Source: Puniceicoccaceae bacterium
GTDB lineage: Bacteria; Verrucomicrobiota; Verrucomicrobiia; Opitutales; Oceanipulchritudinaceae
Assembly: GCA_040830765.1 (NCBI GenBank)
Contig: JBFOMH010000036.1
Span: forward strand, 1 to 45,304
Direction: 5' to 3'
Length of the DNA stretch: 45,304 bases
Shown here: positions 16,129 through 25,983 of the stretch, piece by piece
Layout: each line of letters opens with the position of its first letter
Position numbering within the stretch: the first letter of the stretch is position 1
The notes under the pieces: model-generated
The model's input: only the letters and a program-made list of their open reading frames with translations
Told to the model about the DNA's origin: nothing
Database searches by the model: none
Program-made: the position numbers and the translations under genes

Positions 16129-17982
16129 ATGAAAAGGAACAACCACCGGAAACAGCTCCTAGCTGGAGCTCTAGCCTTGCTTCTGGGCAATCTCATGCCG
16201 CTGCAAGCCCAACCCGTCCCCATCTGGTCAGATGAATTTGATGTTGAGGGTCAGCCCGACTCCAGCAAATGGCATTATGATGTAGGGGGCCATGGCTGGG
16301 GTAACAATGAGCTGCAATTTTACACGGAAGCTCGAGCTGCCAATGCCCGGGTCGAGGGTGGCGTCCTAATCATTGAAGCGCACAAGGAGCACTGGGTGAA
16401 TGAAGTCGATTTTGTTGAATCCAACGACTACACCTCGGCCCGGTTGATATCCAAGGGATTGGGCGACTGGCTATATGGTCGGGTTGAGATCCGGGCCAAA
16501 CTTCCCGCCGGGCGCGGCACCTGGCCGGCCATCTGGATGCTCTCATCAGGCAATCCATTCGTTGGCTGGCCCTACAGTGGAGAGATCGATATCATGGAGC
16601 ATGTTGGTTATGATATGGGAAGAATATCCAGCAGTCTGCATTTCACGGACCGGCATGGAAGCAATGCGTTATCCGGTGCGACAATGGCGGAGGACGTGGA
16701 TACCACCTTTCATGTTTATGCCATGGAGTGGGATCCGGATGAAATCCGCTTTTTTATGGATGGAGTTCAACATCACAGTTACCTGAATCCTCAAACCGGT
16801 CCAGAGGCCTGGCCCTTCTTCGGCTATCCATTCTATCTTATTCTCAACATTGCCGTGGGAGGCGACTGGGGTGGTCAGAAAGGGATTGATCCAAACATCT
16901 GGCCGCAACGCATGGAAGTGGACTATGTCCGTGTTTACGACGTCGGTTCGACACAAACCCTGGACTCGGATGTTGATATGATACCGAACGCCTCGGATCC
17001 GGACGATGACAACGATGGCCTGAACGATGTGGACGAACACAAAATTGGAACCAACATATACCTTGCTGATACCGATGGTGACGGGTACAATGACATGGTG
17101 GAGGTCGAGGCAGGCAGCTCTCCCCTCTCGGAATTCTCCACACCCGACAATGCTGGCCAGCTCTTCAGCAATGCGGATTTCTTACTGGGGCATCAGCACT
17201 GGAATGTAACCGTCCGCAGGGTCTCTTGTTTGTCCGGTAACGTGAGCTTTCTCCATTCGTGGACCTTTCCCGAGATGCTGGACAATTCAATCAGTATCGG
17301 TCCTGAGCAGAGGGTGACCTTCGCCAGCTATAACAGAATAGGCATATGCTCAAGTGACAGTCTCGTCTATCAGATGTTTAATCTGGGACGATTCAACTCA
17401 ATGGGTCTGAAACGGGGGGATGCCATTATATTCACCGGAGTGGCCTCTGCCGAAACCTCTTCGGATACCGTGAATGCCGAGGCTAGGATCCAGTTTCTGA
17501 AATCAGAGACGGAAACGAATACAGACATGTCACGCCATGTGACTATCGGGAGCGAGGAAACAAAATTCAAGGTACAGGTCGAATTGGAACCTGGCGATGT
17601 TGGGACGATTTTAATCGGTTTAGGGATTGAGACCTCGGAAGAGGAATCGGGAACCATCACCTTCCACAGTCTTGAAGCAAGGGTAAACCATGAAGGGCTT
17701 TGGGGTGATCGTGAGATATATTCCGGCCACTGCGACACCGGCAATTGGATGGGCTGGCTCAATGTGGAAATGGAACCCTGGGCCTACTGCCTGAAAACCC
17801 AATGCTGGTTCTATATTCCCGAACCTGTAGCAGAGATCGGCACCGGCTGGATCTACATCCCAGATACGGCGCCCCTCTTGCTGGAACTGATGCCGGGCAC
17901 CGATTGGGGCTGGAGCTGGGGCCTCAGCAAGTGGATGTACCTCAATCCGGGCGGCAGCGGCTGGGTGTACCTGGTCGGGTGA
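16129..17982 (+). CDS. Secreted glycoside hydrolase family 16 (laminarinase-like) with Asp-rich Ca-binding repeats, an unknown central domain and a Trp-rich C-terminal domain
   Basis: Signal peptide; WSDEFD, GWGNNELQFY, WPAIWML, catalytic EIDIME, VDYVRVY; DDDNDG/DTDGDG repeats. Confidence 0.92.
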   Translation: MKRNNHRKQLLAGALALLLGNLMPLQAQPVPIWSDEFDVEGQPDSSKWHYDVGGHGWGNNELQFYTEARAANARVEGGVLIIEAHKEHWVNEVDFVESNDYTSARLISKGLGDWLYGRVEIRAKLPAGRGTWPAIWMLSSGNPFVGWPYSGEIDIMEHVGYDMGRISSSLHFTDRHGSNALSGATMAEDVDTTFHVYAMEWDPDEIRFFMDGVQHHSYLNPQTGPEAWPFFGYPFYLILNIAVGGDWGGQKGIDPNIWPQRMEVDYVRVYDVGSTQTLDSDVDMIPNASDPDDDNDGLNDVDEHKIGTNIYLADTDGDGYNDMVEVEAGSSPLSEFSTPDNAGQLFSNADFLLGHQHWNVTVRRVSCLSGNVSFLHSWTFPEMLDNSISIGPEQRVTFASYNRIGICSSDSLVYQMFNLGRFNSMGLKRGDAIIFTGVASAETSSDTVNAEARIQFLKSETETNTDMSRHVTIGSEETKFKVQVELEPGDVGTILIGLGIETSEEESGTITFHSLEARVNHEGLWGDREIYSGHCDTGNWMGWLNVEMEPWAYCLKTQCWFYIPEPVAEIGTGWIYIPDTAPLLLELMPGTDWGWSWGLSKWMYLNPGGSGWVYLVG

Positions 17983-18064
17983 ATTTGTCGGGGCTTTCGG
18001 CAAGGCCCTCGCCTGCACAAGTGCCAGCTGAAACTCCGGCCTGGCCTGCCGCGGGCTATTCAAG

Positions 18065-18151
18065 TGGTGGTGGGAGAAGGATTCGAACCTTCGAACCGAT
18101 TACCGGAACAGATTTACAGTCTGCGTGCTTTGGCCGCTTGCATATCCCACC
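18065..18151 (-). tRNA. tRNA-Tyr (anticodon GTA), CCA encoded
   Basis: Reverse complement: acceptor GGTGGGA/TCCCACC-A-CCA, anticodon arm GCAGA-CTGTAAA-TCTGT, long variable arm, T-arm GAAGG-TTCGAAT-CCTTC. Confidence 0.97.
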
Positions 18152-18263
18152 GTTTTCCAATCGGAAAGGGAGGAAGCAAAGGCATTGGGGCGGCTTTGCC
18201 AAGGCAATTTTTCAAACTCGGGGAAGTTTTTTCGAGGGAAAAGCGCTTTCCCCGAGGGACTGG

Positions 18264-18292
18264 TTGAAGAATCCGCCAATAGCGCTTATCCT
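18264..18292 (+). promoter_or_regulatory. Sigma-70-type promoter, probably giving a leaderless mRNA of the ABC operon
   Basis: TTGAAG-N17-TATCCT, 6 nt before ATG 18299; no SD. Confidence 0.55.
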
Positions 18293-18298
18293 GACCCC

Positions 18299-19006
18299 AT
18301 GCCAGTTGAGGAAAAGAGAAACCAGCCGCTACTGGAAGTGGCAGACCTGGGCAAGACCTACGGAAAACAGCGCGTTTTGGACGGCGTGGACTTCACCTTG
18401 CACGCAGGTGAGCGGGTCGCCATTACCGGGCCATCCGGTTCCGGCAAGTCGACCCTGCTGAACTGTCTGGCCGGACTGGAGGAGCCGGACACGGGTACTA
18501 TTCGCTTCATGGGACAGGACCTCGGCAGCCTCACGGAGGAAGCCGTCACGGAATTGCGCCGAGGGACCCTGACTTCGGTTTTCCAGTTTTTCCACCTGCT
18601 GCCGACCCTCGATGCCCGCGAAAACGTCGAATTCCCTTTGCTGCTGAAAAAGACCCCAAAGGCTGAGCGGCGGGCCATGGTCGATAACATCCTCATGGAA
18701 GTGGACTTGACCCACCGGGCGGATGCCCTCCCCTCCGACTTGAGTGGCGGGGAAATGCAGCGGCTGGCCATTGCCCGCGCCCTTATTACCGAACCGGCTA
18801 TGATCCTCGCTGACGAACCCACCGGCAGCCTCGATTCTCGCAATAGCGAGCGCATTCTTGAGCTCCTCAGCTCCCTCACTCAACGACACGGCACGGCCCT
18901 CCTGATGGTCACCCACGATCCGGTGGCGTCTGCCACCTGCGACCGTATCCTGCAAATGATGGACGGTCACCTGCATGAAAAGGAGGAACCTTCCAGTCGG
19001 ACATGA
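18299..19006 (+). CDS. ABC transporter ATP-binding protein (LolD/MacB-like)
   Basis: [27 protein letters not shown]; start moved to ATG 18299 to avoid overlapping the tRNA. Confidence 0.95.
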   Translation: MPVEEKRNQPLLEVADLGKTYGKQRVLDGVDFTLHAGERVAITGPSGSGKSTLLNCLAGLEEPDTGTIRFMGQDLGSLTEEAVTELRRGTLTSVFQFFHLLPTLDARENVEFPLLLKKTPKAERRAMVDNILMEVDLTHRADALPSDLSGGEMQRLAIARALITEPAMILADEPTGSLDSRNSERILELLSSLTQRHGTALLMVTHDPVASATCDRILQMMDGHLHEKEEPSSRT

Positions 19007-21624
19007 CCCCGCCCGGCACAACGTCCACCGGAGCCAGCCACCGGATATCCATTTGGCTCTTCTGGAGATGCTTTACCCTGCGACACCTGCGGCGGGACTG
19101 GTTTCAAACGGTTCTGCTGCTGGTCATCCTTGGCCTCGGGGTTGGGACATTCCTTTCCATTCGCATGGCCAATCGGGCAGCGGTCGATGGATTCCGCCTC
19201 TTTACCGACTCACTACGGGGAACCAGTGACTGGATTGTTGAATCTCCGGGCGGCAGCATTCCCCTGGCCGAGTTGCCGGCCATCCGTGAAGCAATCAACG
19301 GTCTTCCGGTGGACTTGTACCCCGTTCTGGAAACGTCCATGTATCCGCTTCAAGCGAAGGAAATGGATTCCGTTTCCACCCCCAGTGCCATTAAACTGCT
19401 CGGACTGGATCTGGTCCAACTGAGGAATATTGCTACTTCTGACGATGAAAGCTCTCCGGAAGCCTTTTGGGAGATGCTGGAGAATCCCCACCACCTGCTG
19501 ATTAGTCCAGCGATAGCGGAAGCCATGAACATCCGTGAAGGCTCCCTTATCGAGGTAGCTGTCAGCGGTACCCCAACGACGTTTGAAGTAACCGGCATTC
19601 TTCCCCGCTTCCGGGACAAGGTTCCCCTCCCCCGTAATCTGGCCATTGCCGACCTCGGAGCGATCCTGAACCGTACCGGAAGACAGTCAGTCGACCGGGT
19701 GGAAGTGGTCGTTCCTCCGGGGGCCATGCGTCAGGATCTCATTAGATTGACCGGTGAACGGCTCGCCTCGGTCCTCGACGAGCGCTATACCCTCAACACA
19801 CCGACGGACAAGCGGATGGACGGAGAAACGATGACCACCGCATTCCGGCTAAACCTGACCGTATTGTCCCTCGTCGCCCTCCTGGTCGGTATCTTCCTCA
19901 TTGCCCAGACCCTTGATGCCACCGTCAGCCGGCGGCGCCGGGAGATTGCCACTCTCCGCTCCCTTGGCATCAGTCCAGCGGAAATCTACCGCCTGTGGCT
20001 CTCCGAGGCCATCCTCTATGGCATCTTAGCCGGTCTCCTGGGCCTGATTGCCGGATATGCCCTGACCACCTACACGGTCGAGGCGGTGACCACAACGGTC
20101 CAGTCCCTCTACCGCGAGACATCCCTGACCGCGGCCAAAATCCTCCCCTCCGATGTCCTCCTGAGTTTTGCCCTTGGTATCGGAGGAAGTCTCCTGGCCG
20201 CCTGGCTGCCAGCCAAGGATGCCGCTTCAACCCCACCGGCGCAATTTCTTCGCATGGGCAAGCGAATCCCCCCTTTCCCCGTATTTGAGCATCCCAAAAT
20301 CGGGGCCGGGATGCTCATCCTGGGAGCGCTTCTGGCACTGTTGCCGCCATGGGTATCCTCACCGGGAGTCACGGTTCCAGCGGCCGGATTTGCTACCGCC
20401 TTCCTTTGGCTGACGGGAGGCACCCTCGTGGCCGCAGCGCTCCTCAAGGCGGTCGGGTATCTTTTCCATCTACTTGGCAAAGACCATGCCCCAGCCCGCT
20501 TGGCTGGAAGCCGGTTGGTCCAACCGACCAGTCGTCACCAGCTGGCCCTGGCCGGATTCTTTGTCGCCATCGGCATGGCCTCGGCAATGGCATTCCTCAT
20601 CAACAGCTTTGAGCACACCGTCACCGGCTGGCTGCAGCAGCGGCTGCGGGCCGATATTTTTGTCTCCAGCACCGGCTTTCAGGGGGCGGACTCCGGGCCA
20701 CGGATGGATGGTGCCCTGCTGGACGAAATCGAGACCATGCCGGAGGTCCGCGAACTGGATCGCTTCCGCTCCCAGGAAGCCACCCTGAACGGGGTCCGCT
20801 TCTCCCTCGCCGGCAGTCGCTTCGATCTTCTGGGAAAGGGACAAGATTTGCTCTGGCTGGACAAACCCGAATCAATCGATTTACGGCCAGCTACCGCTGA
20901 TGCCATCGGTTTCGCCAATGAAAACTTCGTCCGTCGCACAGGCCTGTCAAAAGGCGACAGTTTCTCGATCCCCACTCCTGCGGGAGAAAAGACCATACTC
21001 GTCGCGGGAATCCATGCTGACTATGCCCGGGACAACGGACTGCTCCTGATCGATCTTCCCCTGTTCGAGGATTGGTATCGCGTTGCCGACTACGAGACCG
21101 CCGCCATTTTTCTTAACCCGGGTACGGAAATCACTTCTTTTCAACAAAATCTCCGCCTAACCCACCCCGGTCTTAGCTTTCGCCAGAACGGCGAATTGAT
21201 GGAAGCCGCCCTCTTCATCTTCCACCAGACATTTGCTGTCACGCGGGCACTTCAGGTCATCGGCCTGACGGTCGCCCTGGCGGGACTGGTCCTCAGCCTG
21301 CTCAGCCTTCTTATGGAATCGGGAAGGGAACTTTCCCTGCAGCGAACGCTCGGCATGACGCGTCACGAAATAGCCCTGACAACCGCCCTTGAAGGTGGAG
21401 GAATTGCCCTTGCCGGGCTTGTTTCCGGACTGCTCCTCAGCCTGATGCTGGGACTGTTGCTGATCTTTGTCATCAACCGGCAATCATTTGGCTGGACCCT
21501 GCAAGCAACCTGGCCATGGAAGGACTCCTTGCTTCTGGCCGGCAGTGTTTTTGCCCTCGGGCTGGGCATCGCCTACGGAACCGGTCGCTTGTACATGCGG
21601 AAATGGAAACCTGATATCCTGTAA
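19003..21624 (+). CDS. FtsX/MacB-like ABC permease (duplicated architecture)
   Basis: Two permease halves, RRREIATLRSLG and ELSLQRTLG, INRQSFGWT; ATGA overlap with the ATPase gene. Confidence 0.9.
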   Translation: MTPPGTTSTGASHRISIWLFWRCFTLRHLRRDWFQTVLLLVILGLGVGTFLSIRMANRAAVDGFRLFTDSLRGTSDWIVESPGGSIPLAELPAIREAINGLPVDLYPVLETSMYPLQAKEMDSVSTPSAIKLLGLDLVQLRNIATSDDESSPEAFWEMLENPHHLLISPAIAEAMNIREGSLIEVAVSGTPTTFEVTGILPRFRDKVPLPRNLAIADLGAILNRTGRQSVDRVEVVVPPGAMRQDLIRLTGERLASVLDERYTLNTPTDKRMDGETMTTAFRLNLTVLSLVALLVGIFLIAQTLDATVSRRRREIATLRSLGISPAEIYRLWLSEAILYGILAGLLGLIAGYALTTYTVEAVTTTVQSLYRETSLTAAKILPSDVLLSFALGIGGSLLAAWLPAKDAASTPPAQFLRMGKRIPPFPVFEHPKIGAGMLILGALLALLPPWVSSPGVTVPAAGFATAFLWLTGGTLVAAALLKAVGYLFHLLGKDHAPARLAGSRLVQPTSRHQLALAGFFVAIGMASAMAFLINSFEHTVTGWLQQRLRADIFVSSTGFQGADSGPRMDGALLDEIETMPEVRELDRFRSQEATLNGVRFSLAGSRFDLLGKGQDLLWLDKPESIDLRPATADAIGFANENFVRRTGLSKGDSFSIPTPAGEKTILVAGIHADYARDNGLLLIDLPLFEDWYRVADYETAAIFLNPGTEITSFQQNLRLTHPGLSFRQNGELMEAALFIFHQTFAVTRALQVIGLTVALAGLVLSLLSLLMESGRELSLQRTLGMTRHEIALTTALEGGGIALAGLVSGLLLSLMLGLLLIFVINRQSFGWTLQATWPWKDSLLLAGSVFALGLGIAYGTGRLYMRKWKPDIL

Positions 21625-22760
21625 TGAAATATTCCTTACAATCCATAGCCGGTTTTCTGCTCGCCTTCTGCCTGTGCAGCGGCCCAATGGCCGCTAATGG
21701 CGAAGTCCCTCTCCTCACGGAGGACGGATTCCTTGTCCCTCAACCGGGAACCACACTCACCTTCCCTCAGGATCACGGCAATCATCCGGACTACAAGATA
21801 GAGTGGTGGTACTTGACCGGCCACCTCGAAGCCACCTCGGGAAGGCGCTTTGGCTACCAGGCCACCTTCTTTCGCAGTGCCTTGAAAAGCGGTGGCGATG
21901 GGGATGACAGGGGCTTTGGCACCAGCCAGCTCTACCTGACCCACATGGTCTTTACCGACGAGAGCGATGAGAATTTCTATTTTGAACAGCGGCTCAGCCG
22001 GGATGGCTGGGACGCCTATTCCCGACAAGACTGGATGGATGTCCGCAATGGTCCATGGCACTTGAAAATGATGGATGCACGGACTGGTAAAATGAAACTG
22101 CAGGCCAGCGTGAAGTCGGATCTCCAGTGGGAGCTTGAACTGCTCCCGCAGAAGCCACTCCTTCGATTTGGCGCCGATGGCACGTCGCGCAAGGGACCTG
22201 CCCCAGAGGCCCGCAGCTTTTATCTCACCTTCTCCCGGTTGGAAACAAGGGGAACGGTTCAAATCGGCGATGAGGAATTAGCAGTAAACGGCAGTTCCTG
22301 GATGGACCACGAGATTGCCTCCAGCCAGCTGGATCCAGACTATGTTGGCTGGGATTGGATTGCCATCCAGCTCAACGACGGCTGGGAAATCAAGGCCTAC
22401 CTCCTTCGGGAATCGGACGGTTCACCCTCTCCCTTTTCCGCCCTTTACTGGATCGACCCGGAGGGACAGACACATTACCGTGGAGAGGCGGAATTCTCGT
22501 GGGACAAGTCCCTTACCTGGCGCAGTCCGGACACGGGAGCAGTCTACCCCAACGCGCCGGTCATCGAGACCACGCACCCTGGAAGCGGCCGCAGGGTTGC
22601 CTTTAGCTTCCAGCCCATCCTCGACAACCAGGAGCTCAATTTTCCCGGCGCCACTTATTGGGAGGGAGCTGGCCGTGTTCTCGACGAAAGCGGCAAGGAA
22701 GTCGGCTCTGCCTACCTTGAATTGGTCGGCTACGCCGGACCCATCGCGGGACTGCGTTGA
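21624..22760 (+). CDS. Exported AttH/CrtC-like lipocalin-fold protein
   Basis: FPQDHGNHPDYKIEWWYLTG, SWMDHE, GWDW, YWEG, YLELVGY; signal peptide. Confidence 0.88.
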   Translation: MKYSLQSIAGFLLAFCLCSGPMAANGEVPLLTEDGFLVPQPGTTLTFPQDHGNHPDYKIEWWYLTGHLEATSGRRFGYQATFFRSALKSGGDGDDRGFGTSQLYLTHMVFTDESDENFYFEQRLSRDGWDAYSRQDWMDVRNGPWHLKMMDARTGKMKLQASVKSDLQWELELLPQKPLLRFGADGTSRKGPAPEARSFYLTFSRLETRGTVQIGDEELAVNGSSWMDHEIASSQLDPDYVGWDWIAIQLNDGWEIKAYLLRESDGSPSPFSALYWIDPEGQTHYRGEAEFSWDKSLTWRSPDTGAVYPNAPVIETTHPGSGRRVAFSFQPILDNQELNFPGATYWEGAGRVLDESGKEVGSAYLELVGYAGPIAGLR

Positions 22761-22765
22761 GTGCC

Positions 22766-24727
22766 TCAGCCGTTATACTTTTCCTTCAGGCTCTCGACGA
22801 TACTGGGATCCGCCAAGGTGGTGACATTGCCTAGTTCGGCCCCGGTAGCAATGTCCCGGAGCAGGCGTCGCATGATTTTTCCCGAACGGGTCTTGGGCAA
22901 ATCGGCGGAAAAAATGATCTTCTCCGGCCGGGCAAACTTGCCAATCTTCTCTGCTACCAAGGCATTGAGCTCCGCCCGCAATTCGTCACTGCCATCGGCA
23001 TCGGTCCCCCGCAAGAGGACAAAGGCAACCAGTCCCTGTCCCTTGATTTCGTGGGGTACTCCAATGACGGCGCACTCTGCCACGTTGGAATGCTCGACAA
23101 AGACACTTTCCAGCTCGGCTGTACCAATGCGGTGCCCGGAGACGTTGACCACGTCATCCACACGTCCCACGACCCAGAAGTAGCCGTCTTCATCACACCG
23201 GGCCCCGTCGCCCGGGAAATAGTACTTGCCGTCCCAATTGCACCAGTAGGTGGCCTTGAAGCGCTCTGGATCGCCCCAAATGCCTCTCAGGATACTCGGC
23301 CATGGCTTGCGGATGGCCAATAGGCCCGTCGCCTGCTCCTCACCGGTCGGATCGAGGACCGCCGGATCTATCCCGAAGAACGGCAAGGTTGCGGAACCCG
23401 GCTTGGTCGGGGTCACCCCCGGCAACGGGCTCAGGAGAATGCCCCCGGTCTCGGTCTGCCACCAGGTGTCGACAATCGGACAGCGTTCCTTGCCTATCTT
23501 TTCGTGATACCACATCCAGGCTTCCGGATTGATCGGCTCACCGACCGAACCCAGCAGGCGCAGGCTGCCGAGGTCATGCTTGTCGACCCATTCATCGCCC
23601 CACTTCATGAAGGCCCGGATGGCCGTCGGGGCGGTGTAGAAGATGGTGGCATGATGCTTGTCGACGATTTCCCAGAAGCGACCCGGATCGGGCCAGTTGG
23701 GAGCCCCCTCGTACATCAGGACGGTGGCCCCGTTCTGCATCGGTCCATAGACAATGTAGGAGTGACCGGTGATCCAGCCAATGTCCGCCGTGCACCAGTA
23801 AACATCGTCATCCTGAAGGTCGAAAATGTACTTGGAGGTCAAATAGGTGTAGACGCTGTAGCCGCCCACCGTGTGCATGATCCCCTTGGGCTTTCCGGTC
23901 GAGCCGCTGGTGTAGAGCAAGAAGAGCAGGTCTTCGGAATCCATTTCCTCGCAGGGGCACTCATCACCGACCGTGGCAGCGACGTCGTCATACCAGACGT
24001 CCCGACCCTCCTGCATGTCGCACTCCATACGCTCGCCACCCGGATTGCGGGGTACGACAAGGACATGTTCCACGCAGGCACAGTCGGCCACGCCCTGGTC
24101 AACGACCGCCTTCAGCGGCAAGACGGAGCCCCGGCGCCAGCCGCCGTCACCGGTGATGACCATCTTCGAATCGGCATCGAGGACACGATCCTTGATTGAT
24201 TCCGCACTGAAACCAGCAAAGATGACCGAGTGCACCGCCCCAATCCGGGCACAAGCCAGCACGGCAATGGCCAGTTCCGGGATCATCGGCAGGTAAAAGG
24301 CAATTGTATCCCCTTTTTGGATACCAAGGCTCTTGAGAACGTTGGCAAAGCGGCAAACTTCCTTTTTCAGCTCGCCATAGGTCAAGACCCGTTGATCGCC
24401 AGGCTCACCTTCCCAGACGATGGCCCGCTTGTTGGCCAGGGAACCATCCGCCCATCGGTCGACGGCGTTGTAGCAAATGTTGGTTTTGCCACCGGTAAAC
24501 CATTTATAAAAAGGTGCTTCCGAGTCATCGAGGACCTGGTCCCACTTTTTAAACCAATGCAGGGACTCGGCAATCTCCCCCCAGAAGCCTTCGGGATCGT
24601 CAAGGCTCCTCTGGTGGAGTTCACGATAGGCCTCCATTGAATTGATGTGAGCCCGCTCTTTGAAGGATTCGGACGGGGGAAAGAGACGGTTCTCATGCAG
24701 AACCGATTCCATTTGGTTTTCACTCAT
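22766..24727 (-). CDS. acs: Acetyl-CoA synthetase (AMP-forming)
   Basis: [32 protein letters not shown]; start at ATG 24727 (MSENQ). Confidence 0.97.
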   Translation of the reverse strand: MSENQMESVLHENRLFPPSESFKERAHINSMEAYRELHQRSLDDPEGFWGEIAESLHWFKKWDQVLDDSEAPFYKWFTGGKTNICYNAVDRWADGSLANKRAIVWEGEPGDQRVLTYGELKKEVCRFANVLKSLGIQKGDTIAFYLPMIPELAIAVLACARIGAVHSVIFAGFSAESIKDRVLDADSKMVITGDGGWRRGSVLPLKAVVDQGVADCACVEHVLVVPRNPGGERMECDMQEGRDVWYDDVAATVGDECPCEEMDSEDLLFLLYTSGSTGKPKGIMHTVGGYSVYTYLTSKYIFDLQDDDVYWCTADIGWITGHSYIVYGPMQNGATVLMYEGAPNWPDPGRFWEIVDKHHATIFYTAPTAIRAFMKWGDEWVDKHDLGSLRLLGSVGEPINPEAWMWYHEKIGKERCPIVDTWWQTETGGILLSPLPGVTPTKPGSATLPFFGIDPAVLDPTGEEQATGLLAIRKPWPSILRGIWGDPERFKATYWCNWDGKYYFPGDGARCDEDGYFWVVGRVDDVVNVSGHRIGTAELESVFVEHSNVAECAVIGVPHEIKGQGLVAFVLLRGTDADGSDELRAELNALVAEKIGKFARPEKIIFSADLPKTRSGKIMRRLLRDIATGAELGNVTTLADPSIVESLKEKYNG

Positions 24728-24795
24728 GGCAATCTGATGGTGTTCCGGGTTGAAAGAGAAAATTAGCCGAATGCGGCGGTTTTGGAGCCCTTGAG

Positions 24796-24824
24796 ATTGA
24801 CCCCAGTTGTCGATCCGGGTCAAT
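24796..24824. promoter_or_regulatory. Inverted repeat ATTGACCC-N13-GGGTCAAT in the acs/queA divergent region
   Basis: Perfect 8-bp arms; each arm contains TTGACC on its own strand. Confidence 0.4.
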
Positions 24825-24900
24825 AAATTTTACAACCGCGGCCCTAATCGGCAGGGAAGACTTGCCAGCAAGGAGTCTATATCCAAATTTAGGCCCCACA

Positions 24901-25983
24901 GTGGAAGCCGCCCGATTCGATTACCATTTGCCCAAGGAGGCCATCGCCCAGGTACCCGCCGACCGCCGGGACCAGTCGCGCTTGCTCCTCGTCAATCGCT
25001 CCACGGGCCAGGTAGCAGACCACTTTTTCCGGGAATTGCCGGATCTCCTGCCCCGCCCGGCCCGTTTTTTCCGCAACAACGTCAAGGTCATGAAGGGTCG
25101 GATCTTTGCCTCCCGCAAGGGTGGTGGACAGGTGGAATGCCTCCTCCTCCACCCCACCAGCGAGCTGCCCTTGACCGACTGGTGGTGTCTGCTGAAACCA
25201 GGAAAGCGCCTTCCTGTGGGATCTGAGTTCAGCCGCGAAGGCCTGTTCCGGGCGGCTGTCGTCGCCAAAAGGGATGACGGCATGGTCCATGTCCGCTTTG
25301 CCCTTGAACAGCATGATTCCGTCACCGCAATGGCCGAGGATGCCGGGGAAATGCCACTACCACCCTATATCAACCGGTCAACGGGTGATGAGCGCAAGGA
25401 ACTGGATGAGGAACGCTACCAGACCGTTTACGCCGATCCCAACAAACCCTTTGCGGCAGCCGCACCGACCGCAGGGCTGCACTTTACCCCGGAGATCATC
25501 AACCGGCTGATTGAAGGCGGAAATCACTTCCATGACCTCACCCTTCATGTGGGGATGGGGACCTTCAAGCCCATCCAATCCGACCTTGTTGAGTCGCACC
25601 TCATGCATGAGGAACATTATGAAATCCCGGCAGCGAGCCGCAGTGCGCTTCACGAAAAAGACTCCACTATCAAGCTGGCCGTGGGCACCACCTCGCTGCG
25701 GGCCATGGAACACTACTTCCGCCAGTCGCGACGGAATCCGGGCCAGCCGGATGGGCCCTATGTCAACAATGCAGACCTTTACATCTACCCGCCGGAATCC
25801 TTCACCACCGACGCCCTCCTGACCAATTTTCATCTCCCCCGCTCTACCCTGCTGTGCCTTGTCAGCGCCTTCATGACTCCCGGCTCAACCGATGGCATCG
25901 ACTGGCTGATACAGGTCTACCAGGCCGCCCTCAAGCGCAACTACCGCTTCTACAGCTACGGCGATGCCATGCTCATCCTCTGA
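24901..25983 (+). CDS. queA: S-adenosylmethionine:tRNA ribosyltransferase-isomerase
   Basis: FDYHLP..IAQ, PLPPYI, AAPTAGLHFT, LHVGMGTF, TNFHLP, YRFYSYGDAM; likely GTG start 24901. Confidence 0.97.
   Translation: MEAARFDYHLPKEAIAQVPADRRDQSRLLLVNRSTGQVADHFFRELPDLLPRPARFFRNNVKVMKGRIFASRKGGGQVECLLLHPTSELPLTDWWCLLKPGKRLPVGSEFSREGLFRAAVVAKRDDGMVHVRFALEQHDSVTAMAEDAGEMPLPPYINRSTGDERKELDEERYQTVYADPNKPFAAAAPTAGLHFTPEIINRLIEGGNHFHDLTLHVGMGTFKPIQSDLVESHLMHEEHYEIPAASRSALHEKDSTIKLAVGTTSLRAMEHYFRQSRRNPGQPDGPYVNNADLYIYPPESFTTDALLTNFHLPRSTLLCLVSAFMTPGSTDGIDWLIQVYQAALKRNYRFYSYGDAMLIL

Noticed and set aside
16960..17100. GAC/GAT-rich repeats as a DNA repeat array
   Set aside because: Explained by Asp-rich Ca-binding (TSP3-like) protein motifs within GH16.
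6299..18065. Genomic island integrated at the tRNA-Tyr 3' end
   Set aside because: Accessory-type genes lie next to the tRNA 3' end, but I found no integrase, no duplicated tRNA 3' (att) sequence and no sharp compositional boundary.
17745..18461. ORFs 17745-18461, 18064-18267 and the N-terminal extension 18125-18298
   Set aside because: They overlap the tRNA-Tyr gene and real CDSs; no protein motifs.
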